DNA from: Eubacterium sp.
GTDB lineage: Bacteria; Bacillota; Clostridia; Christensenellales; CAG-314
Assembly: GCA_963653425.1 (NCBI GenBank)
Contig: CAVJWC010000001.1
Span: 279,430-343,429, forward strand
DNA length: 64,000 nucleotides
Reading direction: 5' to 3'
In this document: positions 63,561-64,000 of the stretch, piece by piece
How the letters are laid out: each line of letters starts with the position of its first letter
Numbering within the stretch: the first letter of the stretch is position 1
The notes under the pieces: model-generated
What the model saw: only the letters and a program-made list of their open reading frames with translations
Told to the model about the DNA's origin: nothing
Database searches by the model: none
Position numbers and translations under genes: made by a program

Positions 63561-64000
63561 TTATTTCCCCTCCTTGCCGTTAAGCATAAGATCTACGAAA
63601 GGATTGGTGTATACGCCGGATTTTGCGACAACGCCGTTAAGACCTTTTCCTCCGTCTTCGCTTCTCTTGATGTCGGCGAAAATACCTTTTTCGAGAGTTG
63701 CGAAAAGTCCGAGTCCTTCGATTTCTTTAAGAAGGTCCTTTGCTTTGTTGAGAACGAAAGAAGCTCTGTTTCTGATTATACCGTTTTCCTTGAACTCTAT
63801 GTCGTTACCGAAATCAGCCATGGTATTGAAGATATACTGAGCGTTTTCGATGGAAAGGTATCTGTCCGACATGAACGGCGTATGAATAGCTTCGGTAAGC
63901 ATACCGAGAAGATGCAGTCTCTGTCCCGTCATAATCGTAACCATATTGAAGAGAGCGTCCTGAACGTTACCGCGGAAAATATTACCCGTCATGAACTTTG
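63561..64000 (-). CDS. kamD: Lysine 5,6-aminomutase alpha subunit, C-terminal part (truncated by window edge)
   Basis: The frame stays open to the window end. Sequence ...GMLTEAIHTPFMSDRYLSIENAQYIFN...GIFADIKRSEDGGKGLNGVV resembles the KamD C-terminus, and it lies directly upstream of kamE. Confidence 0.7.
   Translation of the reverse strand, partial: KFMTGNIFRGNVQDALFNMVTIMTGQRLHLLGMLTEAIHTPFMSDRYLSIENAQYIFNTMADFGNDIEFKENGIIRNRASFVLNKAKDLLKEIEGLGLFATLEKGIFADIKRSEDGGKGLNGVVAKSGVYTNPFVDLMLNGKEGK

Noticed and set aside
1-64000. tRNA, rRNA, tmRNA or RNase P genes, and mobile elements (IS, integrase, prophage)
   Set aside because: By eye I found no T-arm/anticodon-arm style motifs in the intergenic regions, and no spacer long enough for rRNA. 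No ORF has transposase, integrase or recombinase motifs, and no terminal inverted repeats flank any block. A tRNAscan-SE or Infernal run would be the definitive check.

Overview
A 64-kb chromosomal segment that reads like a spore-forming, anaerobic Bacillota (Clostridia-type) genome. I call 50 protein-coding genes; 44 are on the minus strand and the last (kamD) is cut by the window edge. I found no rRNA, tRNA, CRISPR array, transposase, integrase or prophage genes.

Gene content in order:
- ruvC-ruvA, yebC and a SpoU/TrmH methyltransferase.
- infC-rpmI-rplT, with an ATT start codon on infC and an L20-leader-like attenuator.
- A possible YtxC-like gene and an orphan 855-aa protein with a prepilin-type N-terminus.
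- A shikimate operon (hypothetical gene, then aroE-aroB-aroA-aroC) and a divergent DUF4364-like gene.
- The start of the dcw cluster (mraZ-rsmH-ftsL-class B PBP), then argR-recN.
- A TfoX_N-like gene, a CotF-like gene, a small BspA-type LRR lipoprotein and a CNNM/CorC-type gene.
- A cell-surface block: MarR regulator, 1181-aa BspA-type LRR protein, 1589-aa S8 subtilase with six Big_2 domains.
- ilvE, then alr followed by the arginine deiminase genes arcA-arcB-arcC.
- A histidine-utilisation operon using glutamate formimidoyltransferase (hutH-hutU-ftcD-hutI).
- clpB, nrdD, pstSCAB-phoU-phoP-phoR, a TetR regulator, a CDF transporter and kamD/kamE (lysine 5,6-aminomutase).

Many regulatory sites can be read directly: near-consensus sigma-A promoters, MraZ boxes, ARG boxes, NrdR boxes, Pho boxes, a palindromic candidate MarR operator and intrinsic terminators.

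Most of the window is housekeeping. I cannot point to a clear new multi-gene system. The observations most worth follow-up are:
1. The giant modular prepilin-like protein with no pilus machinery nearby.
2. The MarR / LRR / S8 surface module.
3. At least seven intergenic spacers filled with private, degenerate short tandem-repeat arrays.
4. Very long ORFs in the codon-aligned antisense frame, which imply near-absence of TTA, CTA and TCA sense codons.
5. An alr-arcABC unit flanked by ARG-box-like sites.
6. Structured leaders upstream of the CNNM gene and the hut operon.
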